Origin: Methanotrichaceae archaeon
GTDB taxonomy: Archaea > Halobacteriota > Methanosarcinia > Methanotrichales > Methanotrichaceae
Direction: 5' to 3'
Assembly: GCA_963748825.1 (NCBI GenBank)
Contig: CAVVKN010000003.1
Location: forward strand, 1-64,000
Length of the DNA stretch: 64,000 nucleotides
Shown here: piece by piece, positions 11,187 through 22,284 of the stretch
Layout of the letters: the number at the start of each line of letters is the position of its first letter
Numbering within the stretch: the stretch's first letter is position 1
The notes under the pieces: generated by a model
Seen by the model: only the letters and a program-made list of their open reading frames with translations
What the model was told of the DNA's origin: nothing
The model's database searches: none
Program-made: the position numbers and the translations under genes

Positions 11187-12035
11187 TCAGGCTGCAGCCT
11201 TGGCGGCCGTTGCATTACCTGCGGCCTCTATAGGTGAGCTATGCACAACTGAGAATCCATATTTTTCTAAGATGGCCTTTCCCTGCTCAGATGTCACCAA
11301 ATTTATGAACTCCTGGCTTTTTGCAGGGTACTTGCTGTCCTTCAGGACTCCAATGGGGTATTCGCCGATGACGTTGTACTCATCCGGGATGTCGATCTTA
11401 TCAACCTTGGATGCCAGATCCTTTGTGACATCGGAGACATAGGCAAAGCCCACATCCGCTTCCGCTAAGGCGACTTTGGTCACCACATAGTTGACAGTGG
11501 TCTCCTGGGAGATGATATTGGCCATGACCCTCGTTTTATAATCCGGTCCGTAAGCGGAATCATTTCCCAGCCGGTTTATGATCTGCAGGGCATAGTCGCC
11601 TACAGGCACATCCTTCGTGCCCATAATGATCTTGAGGCCGGGCTTGGCCAGGTCGGTGAGGTTGCTTATCCTGGCCGGGTTGTCTTTGGGAACGATCAAC
11701 GACAGCTTGTTCTTGGTAAAGATGATGATGCTGCTATTGTTCATGAGCTGATCCCGTTTCAGAGCATTCATTTGCTTCGTATTCGCAGAAGCAAAGACGT
11801 CCGCGTAAGCTCCGTTCTCAATTTGGGTGCGCAGGTTTTGGGAGCCGTCGAAGTTGAAAGCCACGTTGATATTGGTCTCATTTGTATACAACTGGCCAAT
11901 CTCACCGAAGGCACCCGTCAGTGACGCCGCAGTGAAGATGGTCAGCTCTTTTGGCTCTTCTGCAAATCCAGCATACGAGGCCGAGGCCAAAAACAGGGCA
12001 GCAATCAATGCTACTAATACACGTTTCTTGATCAT
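11187..12035 (-). CDS. modA: Molybdate ABC transporter substrate-binding protein
   Basis: Signal peptide, AASLT, GS..L..QIENGA.ADVFASA, VPVG.YA. Confidence 0.92.
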   Translation of the reverse strand: MIKKRVLVALIAALFLASASYAGFAEEPKELTIFTAASLTGAFGEIGQLYTNETNINVAFNFDGSQNLRTQIENGAYADVFASANTKQMNALKRDQLMNNSSIIIFTKNKLSLIVPKDNPARISNLTDLAKPGLKIIMGTKDVPVGDYALQIINRLGNDSAYGPDYKTRVMANIISQETTVNYVVTKVALAEADVGFAYVSDVTKDLASKVDKIDIPDEYNVIGEYPIGVLKDSKYPAKSQEFINLVTSEQGKAILEKYGFSVVHSSPIEAAGNATAAKAAA

Positions 12036-12182
12036 TGGTGTTCACTCTCCAGGATTATCGCTTTTCATAAGCAGGTCATATCCGGGCCCACTTAATCACA
12101 AGCGCTAACTTTTATTCAATAAGCAAGCATTTATGTAAAACTTATTAATCGTTGCGCTCGGCCAAATGAAAATTCCATCCGC

Positions 12183-12560
12183 TCAGATCTGGATGGCGAA
12201 GACTGCCCAGTCGAGCTGCTTGATGGCACCCCACAGGTCAAAGGACATCTTCATCAAACCGTATTTGCGGTAGAGCTGCTGGCTGATCTTGATCTCCATA
12301 TCGCCGTTAGCCCGAATAGCAGTGCCTTCAATTGTGACCCCGTAGGGCTTTCCCACGGCATCCGAGGGAGTAACCCAGACATGAGGGTCATTACGCATGC
12401 GTTTGACCTTACCGCTATTGGCATAGGACCGAACGAAGAGCGTGCCGTCCTCTACCACGAACCATACAGGCGTCGAGATGACCTGTCCGTTCCTCTTGAC
12501 GGTTTCAAGTCTTATGTACTCTTTATTCTGAAACTGCTCCAGCTTGTGATCTTCACTCAT
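12183..12560 (-). CDS. PPOX-class (split beta-barrel) putative F420-dependent oxidoreductase
   Basis: LET.KRNG...TPVWF, SGKVKR.R..P.V, KYG; ATGA overlap with the nifN stop. Confidence 0.8.
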   Translation of the reverse strand: MSEDHKLEQFQNKEYIRLETVKRNGQVISTPVWFVVEDGTLFVRSYANSGKVKRMRNDPHVWVTPSDAVGKPYGVTIEGTAIRANGDMEIKISQQLYRKYGLMKMSFDLWGAIKQLDWAVFAIQI

Positions 12561-13880
12561 GTCGTTCCCCTCTCTCTGCCTTCGAGCAAGGCGTTGGCCA
12601 TTCCCTCCACCAAATGCATCGAGCCCTCGTATCCCAGTAGCAACTGGTGGGAGGCTCCATAGCGATCATGATTGGGCAATCCCACCCGGAGGAGCGGCAC
12701 CTTCTCTTTCCTGGCAATCCCTCTTCCTGTGAAGGGGCCCACCATCAGCTCGATATCCCTGCTCGAGGTTTCTGCGGCGATCTGTGAGAAATCGGCTCCC
12801 ATCATAACCTTGGATCCAGGTGCAAGCTCTTCGGCTTTTTCAGCAAATGCGGGATTGGCGGCTCCCGTGGCCACAATCTGCGGCCTCATGCCCAGTTCCG
12901 TCATGATGCGGGTTATGCCCAAAACCATCTCCGTGTCTCCGTAGACTGCGGTCTTAACATCAGCCAGAAGCTTATGAGCATCGACCATGGTATCCAGCAA
13001 TCGGCCCCTCTCCCGTTCATAGCTCTCGGGCATGGATAGGCCAGTCAGCTCCTCCAGATTTGCAGCCAGACGATCGGTGAATTCCAGGCCCAAGGGTAGG
13101 GGCAGAGCAATATGGGGAACTTCGAACTCTTTTTCTAAATAGTCTCCCGCTCCCGGCTCTTGCACCCACCCGCCTATGGTCAGTGTCGCTTTGGAGTTAG
13201 CCGTATCCCGGATGTCATCTAGAGGCGTTCCGCCCCTTGGTATGGGGGGCAGATCCTGGCTGAGGGCTGCATCAAATGTCTCGGATATGTCCGGCATCAG
13301 GATATATCCCAGGCCCCAGTCGTCCAGGAGGCGTCGCAGGAAAGCGAACATCTGCAGGCGAAATTATGGCACCCACCAGTATGTTGATTCGTTCGCTTTG
13401 CTCTGATTTCCTGGCCATGGTCTGGACCAGGCCTTTCAGAGCGACTCGATATCCTACTTCATGAGACGCGGCGTAGCTGGGCGTCGAGACGGAGATGATG
13501 GTCACATCTTTGGCCAGGGGCTCCTCCGCCTGGAATTCACGGACTATTTGGGGCACATCATCTCCGATGGTCTCAGCCAGGCAGGTGGTGGCGATGCCTA
13601 TGGCCTTTGGGCGGTAACCTTTGATCACATTCTTCAGTCCCTGCTTGAGGTTGGCGGCTCCTCCGTAGACCGCGCCCTTCTCGCTCAGAGCAGAGGAAGC
13701 GATGTCCACCGGCTCGCGGAAGTGATGGGCCAGGTAGAGGCGCATGTAGGTGCTGCATCCTTGAGAGCCGTGGAAGAGGGGCATACAGCCCTCGATTCCC
13801 CGGAAGACCAGTACGCTGCCCATGGGCATGCACATGGAGCAGGGGTTAACTGTGGCAAGGCTCTTGGACATAATTCTCAC
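12557..13880 (-). CDS. nifN: FeMo-cofactor scaffold NifN, split by a +1 frameshift near 13339-13343
   Basis: NPCSMC.P.G, HGSQGCSTY, HFREP, TTC..ETIGDD in 13272-13880, continuing FLRRLLDDW..G.P..DR.G in 12557-13351. Confidence 0.88.
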
Positions 13881-15315
13881 TCCCGGCAGTAATGCTTAGT
13901 TGCGATGCGTTGCCTATCCGGCTGGCCCTTTTAACGGGAAGCTGCCAAACCGGGCTGTTGATGGTGATGCTGACCTCTCTGGCGAAATTGACCATTCCAA
14001 CGTAACCTTCGAAGTTCGTGGTCCGATCGTGATTGAAGTCACAGAACGCGATTCCCATTTTATAGGCCAGGAAACGCTCTTTCACGCCCGCCACTAATAG
14101 GTCCGCTTTCTGCTTGAAGAGAAGCTCCTTCAGCTCCAGGGGATTGGCATCGTCGATGATCACTGTGCCGTCCTTTACGATACATGCGATCTTCTGATAG
14201 TCGTCTCTATCACCCGTCTGCGTTCCTATTATCACCACCTCCATTCCCAGCTCCTGAAAAGCCCGCACCAGGGAGACGGCCTTGGCTGCGCCGCCCATGT
14301 AAATGGCAGCTTTCCTTCCGGCAACTTTCGCCCGATAAGCTTCGATCTGGGGCATCACCCGCGCCGTTTCACGAAGGATTATCTCTTCTGCCTTCTGCTT
14401 CAGTTCTGGCGAAGCGAAAAACTCTGCAACAGTACGCAGAGCGTTTGACATGTCCTGCAGGCCGAAGAAGCTTATTCGTCGATATGGAATGCCATATTTT
14501 TCTTCCATCTTCTTGGCAAGATAGGTCATGGAGCCGCTGCACTGCACCAGATTAAGCTGTGCGGTATGAGCCCTTTGAATCTCGGCCACGCGAGCGTCGC
14601 CGGTGAGCGCAGCTACGACCTCGATTCCCATCTCCTGGAAGAAGGGCTTGACAAACCAGAGGTCGCCCGCCACATTATACTCACCCAGCAGGTTGATGGA
14701 AGGGTGGCTTGGTGTATAATTCCGGGTTCCAATCAGCTCGCTGAGAGCGTTGCAGGCTGCTTTGTAGCCCTCGTTCTTGTTTCCTCGAAATCCCTCCGAC
14801 TTTACAGGCAGGACGGGAATGCAAAGCTCCTCGCTCGCCCTTCGGCAGATGGACTGCAAATCATCTCCAATGATACCCACAATGCAGGTGGAATAGACGA
14901 AGATGGCCGGCGGATGATACCTGTCCGCCAGCTCCCGCAGGTCTGCCGCCAGCTTCTTCTCGCCGCCAAAGACCACATCCAGTTCCTTCATGTCTGTAGA
15001 GAAGCTATTGCGATAGAGATCAGGGCCTGAGGAGGTACTGCCCCGAATGTCCCAGGTGTAGCTGGCGCACCCTATGGGCCCATGCACCAGATGCAGAGCA
15101 TCGGTGATGGGATTGAGCACCACTCTGGCTCCGGAGTAGACGCAGGCTCTCTGGCTCACGGCACCGGCCAGGCTCTCATTATTGCAGGCCAGGGGGAGGC
15201 CGTCGCCTTTCTGCTGGATGTGCCCCTCCCTGCCTTCAAAGACCTTTACAATCATTTCTTCCTCGGCGGTTTTTGTTTTCTTATCAGTTTTCGTTTCGTG
15301 TCTTTCGCTTATCAA
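13846..15315 (-). CDS. nifE: FeMo-cofactor scaffold NifE
   Basis: SQRACVYSGA, HGPIGCASYTWDIR, STC..G.IGDD, LVQCSGS. Confidence 0.95.
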   Translation of the reverse strand: MISERHETKTDKKTKTAEEEMIVKVFEGREGHIQQKGDGLPLACNNESLAGAVSQRACVYSGARVVLNPITDALHLVHGPIGCASYTWDIRGSTSSGPDLYRNSFSTDMKELDVVFGGEKKLAADLRELADRYHPPAIFVYSTCIVGIIGDDLQSICRRASEELCIPVLPVKSEGFRGNKNEGYKAACNALSELIGTRNYTPSHPSINLLGEYNVAGDLWFVKPFFQEMGIEVVAALTGDARVAEIQRAHTAQLNLVQCSGSMTYLAKKMEEKYGIPYRRISFFGLQDMSNALRTVAEFFASPELKQKAEEIILRETARVMPQIEAYRAKVAGRKAAIYMGGAAKAVSLVRAFQELGMEVVIIGTQTGDRDDYQKIACIVKDGTVIIDDANPLELKELLFKQKADLLVAGVKERFLAYKMGIAFCDFNHDRTTNFEGYVGMVNFAREVSITINSPVWQLPVKRASRIGNASQLSITAGSENYVQEPCHS

Positions 15316-15343
15316 AACTTTAAGAGCACCATTCTCAAGGCGC

Positions 15344-16702
15344 TTAGAGAATCATCTCGAAGTGCGTATCATCCGAGTCCCGATCCCGTCTTTCCAGGAA
15401 TGTGTTGCCGATCATCTCCACCAATCTTGCCGCTCCCGCATAACCGATGACCGGGAAGTAGTGCAAATTAGCGCGATCAGTGATGGGGAAGCCTACTCGC
15501 ACCAGAGGGATGTCCTCGGCCCGGGCGATCAACTTGCCGAAGCTGTTGCCGATGAGCATATCTACGGAATGGTTCTTGATCTTCTGGTGCAGGAGGAAGG
15601 TGTCTCCGATAATGGCCTCACAGTTCGGGGCAACACTGTGCACCTCTTCTGCGAATTTTTTGTCAGGAGTGCCGGTCAAAGCAAAGACTGGATTCATACC
15701 CATCTCCATAGCTATACTGAGCAGGCCTACGACTATGTCTGGATCTCCGAAGACGGCCAGGCTCTTGGCATGGAAGTGTGGATGAGCATCGGTCATCATG
15801 TCCACCAGCCGGCCTCGTTCGTCCTCGATCTCTGCAGGTATGGGGACGCCCATGAGGCTGGAGACGTTCATCACAAAGGCATCGGTATTGCGGATGCCTA
15901 TGGGCATGGGACCGATGACTGCAGGTATGCCGAACTTGCCTTTCAAGACCACAGCCCCCGCGGCTCCAGCCGTTCTGCCCAGGGCAATGGTGGCGCGGGA
16001 GTTGCCGGTATCTATCAGATCTGGGATACTGGTTCCACCCGGCGGGTACAGGCCTCCTGACTTCGGCGAGAGGGGCGCATCGAAGACATCGGTCGTATCG
16101 GGGAATATGATATGAGAGACGCCCATGATCGTCAGCATTCTCTTGATCTCGCGGATATCTCCTGGATCCACGAAGCCAGGGATGACATTCAATTTGCCGT
16201 TGGGCTTGCCTTTTCGAGCGAAGCTTTGCACTATGGCCTTCACGGCATTATCATAGCCTGTGATGTGCGAGCCGACGTAGCTGGGCGTACTGGCAATAAC
16301 AACGCGCACCTTTGGATCGAAGAACTCCTCTTGTTTGATATCCTCCATGAAGCTGTTTACATCGTCGCCTATGGTTTCAGAGGAGCAGGTGGTGTTGATG
16401 GCCAGCACATCGGGGTGGTAGATGGTGATGACGTTGTCCACGGCTTCCTTGAGGTTTTCTCTGCCGCCGAAGACCACGGAGTCCTCGGTGAAGGAAGAGG
16501 TTGCCGCCAGCGTCGGCTCGCGGTAGTGGCGGGCCAGCATCATGCGAAGATATGATGAGCAACCCTGCGAGCCGTGGGTGATGGGCATGCAGTTGTGGAT
16601 GCCTTTGTAAGCCAGGATGGCGCCAATGGGCTGACAGATCTTGGCCGGGTTTATGACCAGCGTTTCCCGCTGTGCCATCTCTTTGGGTGTATAATCAAGC
16701 AT
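15344..16702 (-). CDS. nifK: Nitrogenase MoFe protein beta chain
   Basis: INPAKICQP, HGSQGC, TTCSSETIGDD, TPSYVGSH, GFPI.DR. Confidence 0.96.
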   Translation of the reverse strand: MLDYTPKEMAQRETLVINPAKICQPIGAILAYKGIHNCMPITHGSQGCSSYLRMMLARHYREPTLAATSSFTEDSVVFGGRENLKEAVDNVITIYHPDVLAINTTCSSETIGDDVNSFMEDIKQEEFFDPKVRVVIASTPSYVGSHITGYDNAVKAIVQSFARKGKPNGKLNVIPGFVDPGDIREIKRMLTIMGVSHIIFPDTTDVFDAPLSPKSGGLYPPGGTSIPDLIDTGNSRATIALGRTAGAAGAVVLKGKFGIPAVIGPMPIGIRNTDAFVMNVSSLMGVPIPAEIEDERGRLVDMMTDAHPHFHAKSLAVFGDPDIVVGLLSIAMEMGMNPVFALTGTPDKKFAEEVHSVAPNCEAIIGDTFLLHQKIKNHSVDMLIGNSFGKLIARAEDIPLVRVGFPITDRANLHYFPVIGYAGAARLVEMIGNTFLERRDRDSDDTHFEMIL

Positions 16703-18347
16703 TTGTCTCCTGCCTCCAGGGTGGGTTTATGAATTTCCAGGTAGGGCTGTTCACAGACATGTCGATGTCCTTGGCAAACTGCACAAAGCCAGTAAAGCCG
16801 GTGTAGGGGCCGCTGTAGTCATAGGAGTGCATCTGCCGGGAGGGAATGTGCATCTTCTGGAAGACGTACTTGTCTTTGATTCCGGAACAGAAGAGATCTA
16901 TTCCCAGATCTTTCACCAGGCGTTCGCACTCATGATGGCTGTAGTCATCGATCATGATCTGGCCTTCCTTCATGTGGGGCAGCAGGCCCTCATAGTCCAT
17001 GAGTCTTGGAATGTTCTCCTTCTTCTTCTGGATCGCCGCGTCGTCGTAGGGCGAAACCACGTTGGGGTCGCGTTCGTAGTGGATATCGGTCAGAACCTTG
17101 GACTGTCCGGTATGAACGATGCTGGAGAGGACCCGTCTGCCCTCGTAGTCATCCCGGTGGGCGAACTCGTAGCCTGCCACGACCACATCCATGCCCAGGG
17201 TCTCGAACATATTCCTGAAATGGTGAGCACGTGATCCTCCCACCAGGATCATTACCCTCTTTCCGGCCAGCCTTTGCCGATACATATCGATGATCGGCTG
17301 GACTTGGGCCATCTCCTCAGCGATCACGGCCTCGGTTCTCTTGGTTAGATCGGGGTCGTCGAAGAAGGCGGCCATATCCCGCAGGGTCTTGATGGTGTCT
17401 TCCACGCCCAGGTAGTTGACCTTCAGCCAGGGGACGCCGTACTTCTCCTCCATCATGCGGTTAGTGTAGTTAATGGAGCGGTGGCAGAGCAGGATGTTCA
17501 GCTTGGCCCGGTGGGATTTGGCGATATCGTGGAAGGAGCCGTCGCCGGTGAAGCAACTGACAACGCGGTAGCCGACCCTCTCCAGTAGATCCTTGACCAC
17601 CCAGTAGTCTCCGCCGATGTTGTACTCGCCGAAGACGTTGACGTCGAAGGGTCCGGGATCCTCCAGCTCCTCTGTGCCCACCAGATGCTCCATCAGGGAG
17701 TTGGAGGCAATGTGGTGGCCTGCTGATTGGCTTACACCGCGGTAACCCTCGCAGCGCACGGGTATGACCTTGATCTTCAGGTCCGCCTCGGCTTTGCGGC
17801 AGACGGACTCGATATCGTCGCCGATGAGACCGATGGGGCAGGTACAGAAGACCGATATGCACTCGGGCTTGAAGATGGAGTAAGCTTCCCGTATGGCTGA
17901 AGCCAGCTTCTTCTCCGCCCCAAAGACGATATCCGTCTCCTTGACGTCGGTGGAGAGGCAGTAGCCGGCGAAGCAGTCCTTACCTTCTTCCGCCTTCATG
18001 AGATTGCGGCGGCTGCCCCAGGTGAAGTAGGCACAACCGATGGGGCCGTGGGTGATATGTAGGATATCCTTGATGGGGCCGAAGACCACACCCTTGGAGC
18101 CGGCGTAGGCGCAGCCCCGGTTGCTGAGGATGCCGGGAACGGTGCGGCTGTTGGCCTCGATCTTTTGCTCAACGGCGCAGGAATCTTTGACGACCACGTG
18201 CTTGCTTCTCACATTGCTCGCCTTTTTGGGAAAGTCTTGCAGCATTCCCTCTACAACCTGCTTGCTGTGGGCAACGGTTACCGGTTCTCTTGAGTTCTCG
18301 CCCGTTCTTTCCACTACGCTCTCCACGGTTCTCTCAACTCCGCTCAT
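16695..18347 (-). CDS. nifD: Nitrogenase MoFe protein alpha chain (group II-type, with internal insertion)
   Basis: RGCAYAG, HGPIGC, CPIGLIGDD, GVSQSAGHH, LCHRS (FeMo-co Cys), GYEFAH.DDY, QMHSYD (FeMo-co His). Confidence 0.97.
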   Translation of the reverse strand: MSGVERTVESVVERTGENSREPVTVAHSKQVVEGMLQDFPKKASNVRSKHVVVKDSCAVEQKIEANSRTVPGILSNRGCAYAGSKGVVFGPIKDILHITHGPIGCAYFTWGSRRNLMKAEEGKDCFAGYCLSTDVKETDIVFGAEKKLASAIREAYSIFKPECISVFCTCPIGLIGDDIESVCRKAEADLKIKVIPVRCEGYRGVSQSAGHHIASNSLMEHLVGTEELEDPGPFDVNVFGEYNIGGDYWVVKDLLERVGYRVVSCFTGDGSFHDIAKSHRAKLNILLCHRSINYTNRMMEEKYGVPWLKVNYLGVEDTIKTLRDMAAFFDDPDLTKRTEAVIAEEMAQVQPIIDMYRQRLAGKRVMILVGGSRAHHFRNMFETLGMDVVVAGYEFAHRDDYEGRRVLSSIVHTGQSKVLTDIHYERDPNVVSPYDDAAIQKKKENIPRLMDYEGLLPHMKEGQIMIDDYSHHECERLVKDLGIDLFCSGIKDKYVFQKMHIPSRQMHSYDYSGPYTGFTGFVQFAKDIDMSVNSPTWKFINPPWRQETNA

Positions 18348-18700
18348 GATATGGCCACGCTCCCTCTCTCGCCGGTTCTTATCCGGATGGATTCTTCCAC
18401 GGGACAGACGAAGATCCTGCCATCGCCGAAGTTGCCGGTGCGGTTGATTATAGTGATAATTGCCACCACAGCCGGAACGAATTCATCTTCCACCATAATC
18501 GAAATCATTCTCTTGGGGACGTACTTCATGCTCTTTTGACCCGACTGATCGAGCTGGGAGGGATGGGGGATCTGCAGGCCGCGCTGCTTTCCCCGCCCAG
18601 TGGCCTTGTAAACCGTGATGGAGGGAATGCCGATGACGTCCAGGGCGTCTTTGGTGCTCTCCATCTTGTTCATCTGGATGATGGCCATGACTTCTTTCAT
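18344..18700 (-). CDS. nifI2: PII-family nitrogenase regulator NifI2
   Basis: PII motifs (GRGKQRG, PKRMI, TGNFGDGRIF); between nifI1 and nifD. Confidence 0.92.
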   Translation of the reverse strand: MKEVMAIIQMNKMESTKDALDVIGIPSITVYKATGRGKQRGLQIPHPSQLDQSGQKSMKYVPKRMISIMVEDEFVPAVVAIITIINRTGNFGDGRIFVCPVEESIRIRTGERGSVAIS

Positions 18701-18702
18701 TT

Positions 18703-19835
<1,133 letters not shown>

Positions 19836-20043
19836 TCACCTAGTTTAATTTTATTTAACTTTTCAGATTTAAGTTTTAGATTTAAGTCAGGGGAGCAGCT
19901 GGTTTTTTGCACAATCTCCGCCGCCATGCTGGGAGGATGGGGGGAGACCCCCAACTTCCAGGAATGTGCCCTTGAAAGGAGTGCTTGCCCGTGTCTGTGG
20001 TAGTCTTCGCCGGCTCACCTCCAAGATAGCGGTGGGGGCGGGG

Positions 20044-20049
20044 TTATAA
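20044..20049 (-). promoter_or_regulatory. Candidate TATA box for the nif operon
   Basis: TTATAA about 210 bp upstream of nifH inside a GC-rich stretch; start site not mapped. Confidence 0.35.
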
Positions 20050-20340
20050 GGAACTATTTGAGAAGATGGCGGAGGATATCGGATTTGTGCAGAGATTTTG
20101 TGAAAAGATATGCAGAGGTATTAACAAGGCGAAAGAACGAGTAGCCAGTCCTTAAATGATATTTTAGCCGGCTAAATGTCCCATGTGACACATTAAAACA
20201 ATATGTTCTCATCATCCGAGTGCTTTTGATGATTTTATATGATATATGATGACTTTATCATAACAAATATGAAAATATTTTAACAAAGTTTTTATAGCTT
20301 CGGCTGCCCGATGGTCTCCCATCAAGGATCGTGATAGAGC

Positions 20341-21768
20341 ATGAGAATTACAAAGTGTGCAACTATTGCAGCAAGTGCTTTCATATTATTGCTGCTATTA
20401 ACAACTATGGCAATGGCCGGCGATCCGAACGGCTCCAGTACCTATACCGACGATGTAGCTGGGCTGAAGATCGCCACAAACTTCGCATGGACCCTCGTAG
20501 CGGCCTTCCTGGTCTTCTTCATGCAGATGGGCTTTGCCCTGCTCGGTGCGGGTGCTCTGAGGGTGAAAAACACAGTCAACTACTTCACCAAAAGCTACAT
20601 GGACTTTTCCATAGGTGCCCTGGCCTACTGGGCGGTAGGTTTTGCCCTCATGTTTGGAGGCTCCAAGCTTTTTGCGGGTCTGGAAGACGGCAACAGCATC
20701 ATTGGATGGAGCGGGTGGTTCCTCACAGGAGATGCCTACGACGTCTCGACTATGATGTTCTGGATGTTCCAGGTCGTCTTCGCCGCTACTGCAGCAACCA
20801 TAGTTGCAGGTGCCTGCGCTGAAAGACTTAAGCTTCAGACTTATCTCATCTACAGCGGAATTGTTACCGCAATAATCTATAGCATCTACGGCCACTGGGT
20901 TTGGGGCGGCGGCTGGCTGTCAACTCTACCCTATGGTGTGGGCGCAAGGGACTTCGCTGGCTCAGGTGTGGTGCACGCTATCGGCGGTCTTGTCGCCCTG
21001 GCGGCCATAATGCTCCTCGGGCCGAGGATCGGCAAGTTCAACAAAGACGGTACACCCAATGCATTGCCCGGTCACGACGTGGGCTACATTGTCCTGGGAA
21101 CATTTGTGCTCTTCTTCGGCTGGTTCGGATTCAACCCGGGATCGACACTGGCAGCCACGGATCTTCGCATATCCGTGATAGCGGTCAATACCTTCCTGGC
21201 AGGATCTGCTGGTGCGGTGCTGGTCTGCTACTGGACATTCCTGAAGACGAAAAAAGTGGACATCGCCCTGACCTGCAACGGCGCTCTGGCGGGCCTGGTA
21301 GGAGTAACGGCGCCCTGTGCTTATATCCCCACCTGGTCGGCGGTAGTAATAGGATTGGTTGCTGGATTAATAGTAATGTACGGTATAAGGTTCAACGAAT
21401 GGGTGCTCAAAGTAGACGACCCTGTAGGTGCTGTGGCAGTGCACGGTTATAACGGCCTCTGGGGTCTGCTGGCTGTGGGAATCTTCGCAGATGGCACCTA
21501 CGGAGGAGTAAGCGGCCTTATCGTCGGCAATACCGGTCAGATGATAGCTCAGATCATTGACGTGGCAACTGTCGCTGTTTGGGCATTTGGAACCGGCTAT
21601 ATTCTGTTTGCCGTTCTAAAGCGCACCGTCGGCCTTAGGGCGTCAAGAGAAGAAGAGCTGACTGGAATGGATATAAGCGAGCACGGATATTCCGCATACC
21701 CGGAGTTTGTTATTCAAGAAACTGGTGAAAGCCATCCGGCAAATTCTCCTGAAAGGGTGAGAACATGA
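20341..21768 (+). CDS. amtB: Ammonium transporter, second copy with N-terminal signal-like extension
   Basis: DFAGSGVVH, FGWFGFNPGST, DDPVGAVAVHG, GMD..EHG..AYP. Confidence 0.95.
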   Translation: MRITKCATIAASAFILLLLLTTMAMAGDPNGSSTYTDDVAGLKIATNFAWTLVAAFLVFFMQMGFALLGAGALRVKNTVNYFTKSYMDFSIGALAYWAVGFALMFGGSKLFAGLEDGNSIIGWSGWFLTGDAYDVSTMMFWMFQVVFAATAATIVAGACAERLKLQTYLIYSGIVTAIIYSIYGHWVWGGGWLSTLPYGVGARDFAGSGVVHAIGGLVALAAIMLLGPRIGKFNKDGTPNALPGHDVGYIVLGTFVLFFGWFGFNPGSTLAATDLRISVIAVNTFLAGSAGAVLVCYWTFLKTKKVDIALTCNGALAGLVGVTAPCAYIPTWSAVVIGLVAGLIVMYGIRFNEWVLKVDDPVGAVAVHGYNGLWGLLAVGIFADGTYGGVSGLIVGNTGQMIAQIIDVATVAVWAFGTGYILFAVLKRTVGLRASREEELTGMDISEHGYSAYPEFVIQETGESHPANSPERVRT

Positions 21769-22103
21769 AAATGATACAGGTGATAATCAGACCCTCTAAG
21801 GTAGAGGACGTAAAAAATGCCCTTGATAAGGCAGGCTATGCAAGCCTGACCTCTATCGAGGTAAAAGGAAGAGGCAGGCAGAAAGGCATAACACAGATGT
21901 GGCGTGGCGAAGAATACAAAGTGGATATGCTCCCCAAGGTGAAGATAGAGATTGTAGTCCCGGATGAAAAACAAGACGAGGTAATTGAGCTGATAAGAAA
22001 TGCAGCATATACCGGGAGCATCGGTGACGGAAAGATCTTCGTCCTTCCTGTGGAAAAGACCATTCGGATCAGGACGGGCGAGACGAACGGCAAGGCTCTT
22101 TAG
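21765..22103 (+). CDS. glnK: PII nitrogen regulatory protein
   Basis: GRGRQKG..WRG.EY.VD.LPK, TG.IGDGKIF; ATGA overlap with amtB. Confidence 0.93.
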   Translation: MKMIQVIIRPSKVEDVKNALDKAGYASLTSIEVKGRGRQKGITQMWRGEEYKVDMLPKVKIEIVVPDEKQDEVIELIRNAAYTGSIGDGKIFVLPVEKTIRIRTGETNGKAL

Positions 22104-22284
22104 CCTGTCACCTGCCATTTTTTCTATAGCTTCGGCTCTTATCCTCCATCGGAGCCGACATTTTTATTATTTATTCTTTGCGACTGGTTGCCAATACTAG
22201 TTTCCTAATTTTTATGATAATTGCTGTTCTAGTTATGATTTTTCATCAAATAATATCATATACTTGATTAGAGAGAAAAATTAG

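Noticed and set aside
15182-16060. 292-aa plus-strand ORF, and similar ones such as 35736-36551 and 7350-8066
   Set aside because: Antisense shadows of nifK, gatB and amtB-glnK caused by GC-rich codon bias.
15344-18347. V- or Fe-only nitrogenase
   Set aside because: No G-subunit gene between D and K (they overlap); nifEN and modABC are adjacent; motifs fit the Mo enzyme.
19887-20018. 43-codon GTG-initiated upstream ORF in the nifH leader
   Set aside because: The start lies inside the SD-like motif and the peptide has no recognisable features; unsupported without conservation data.
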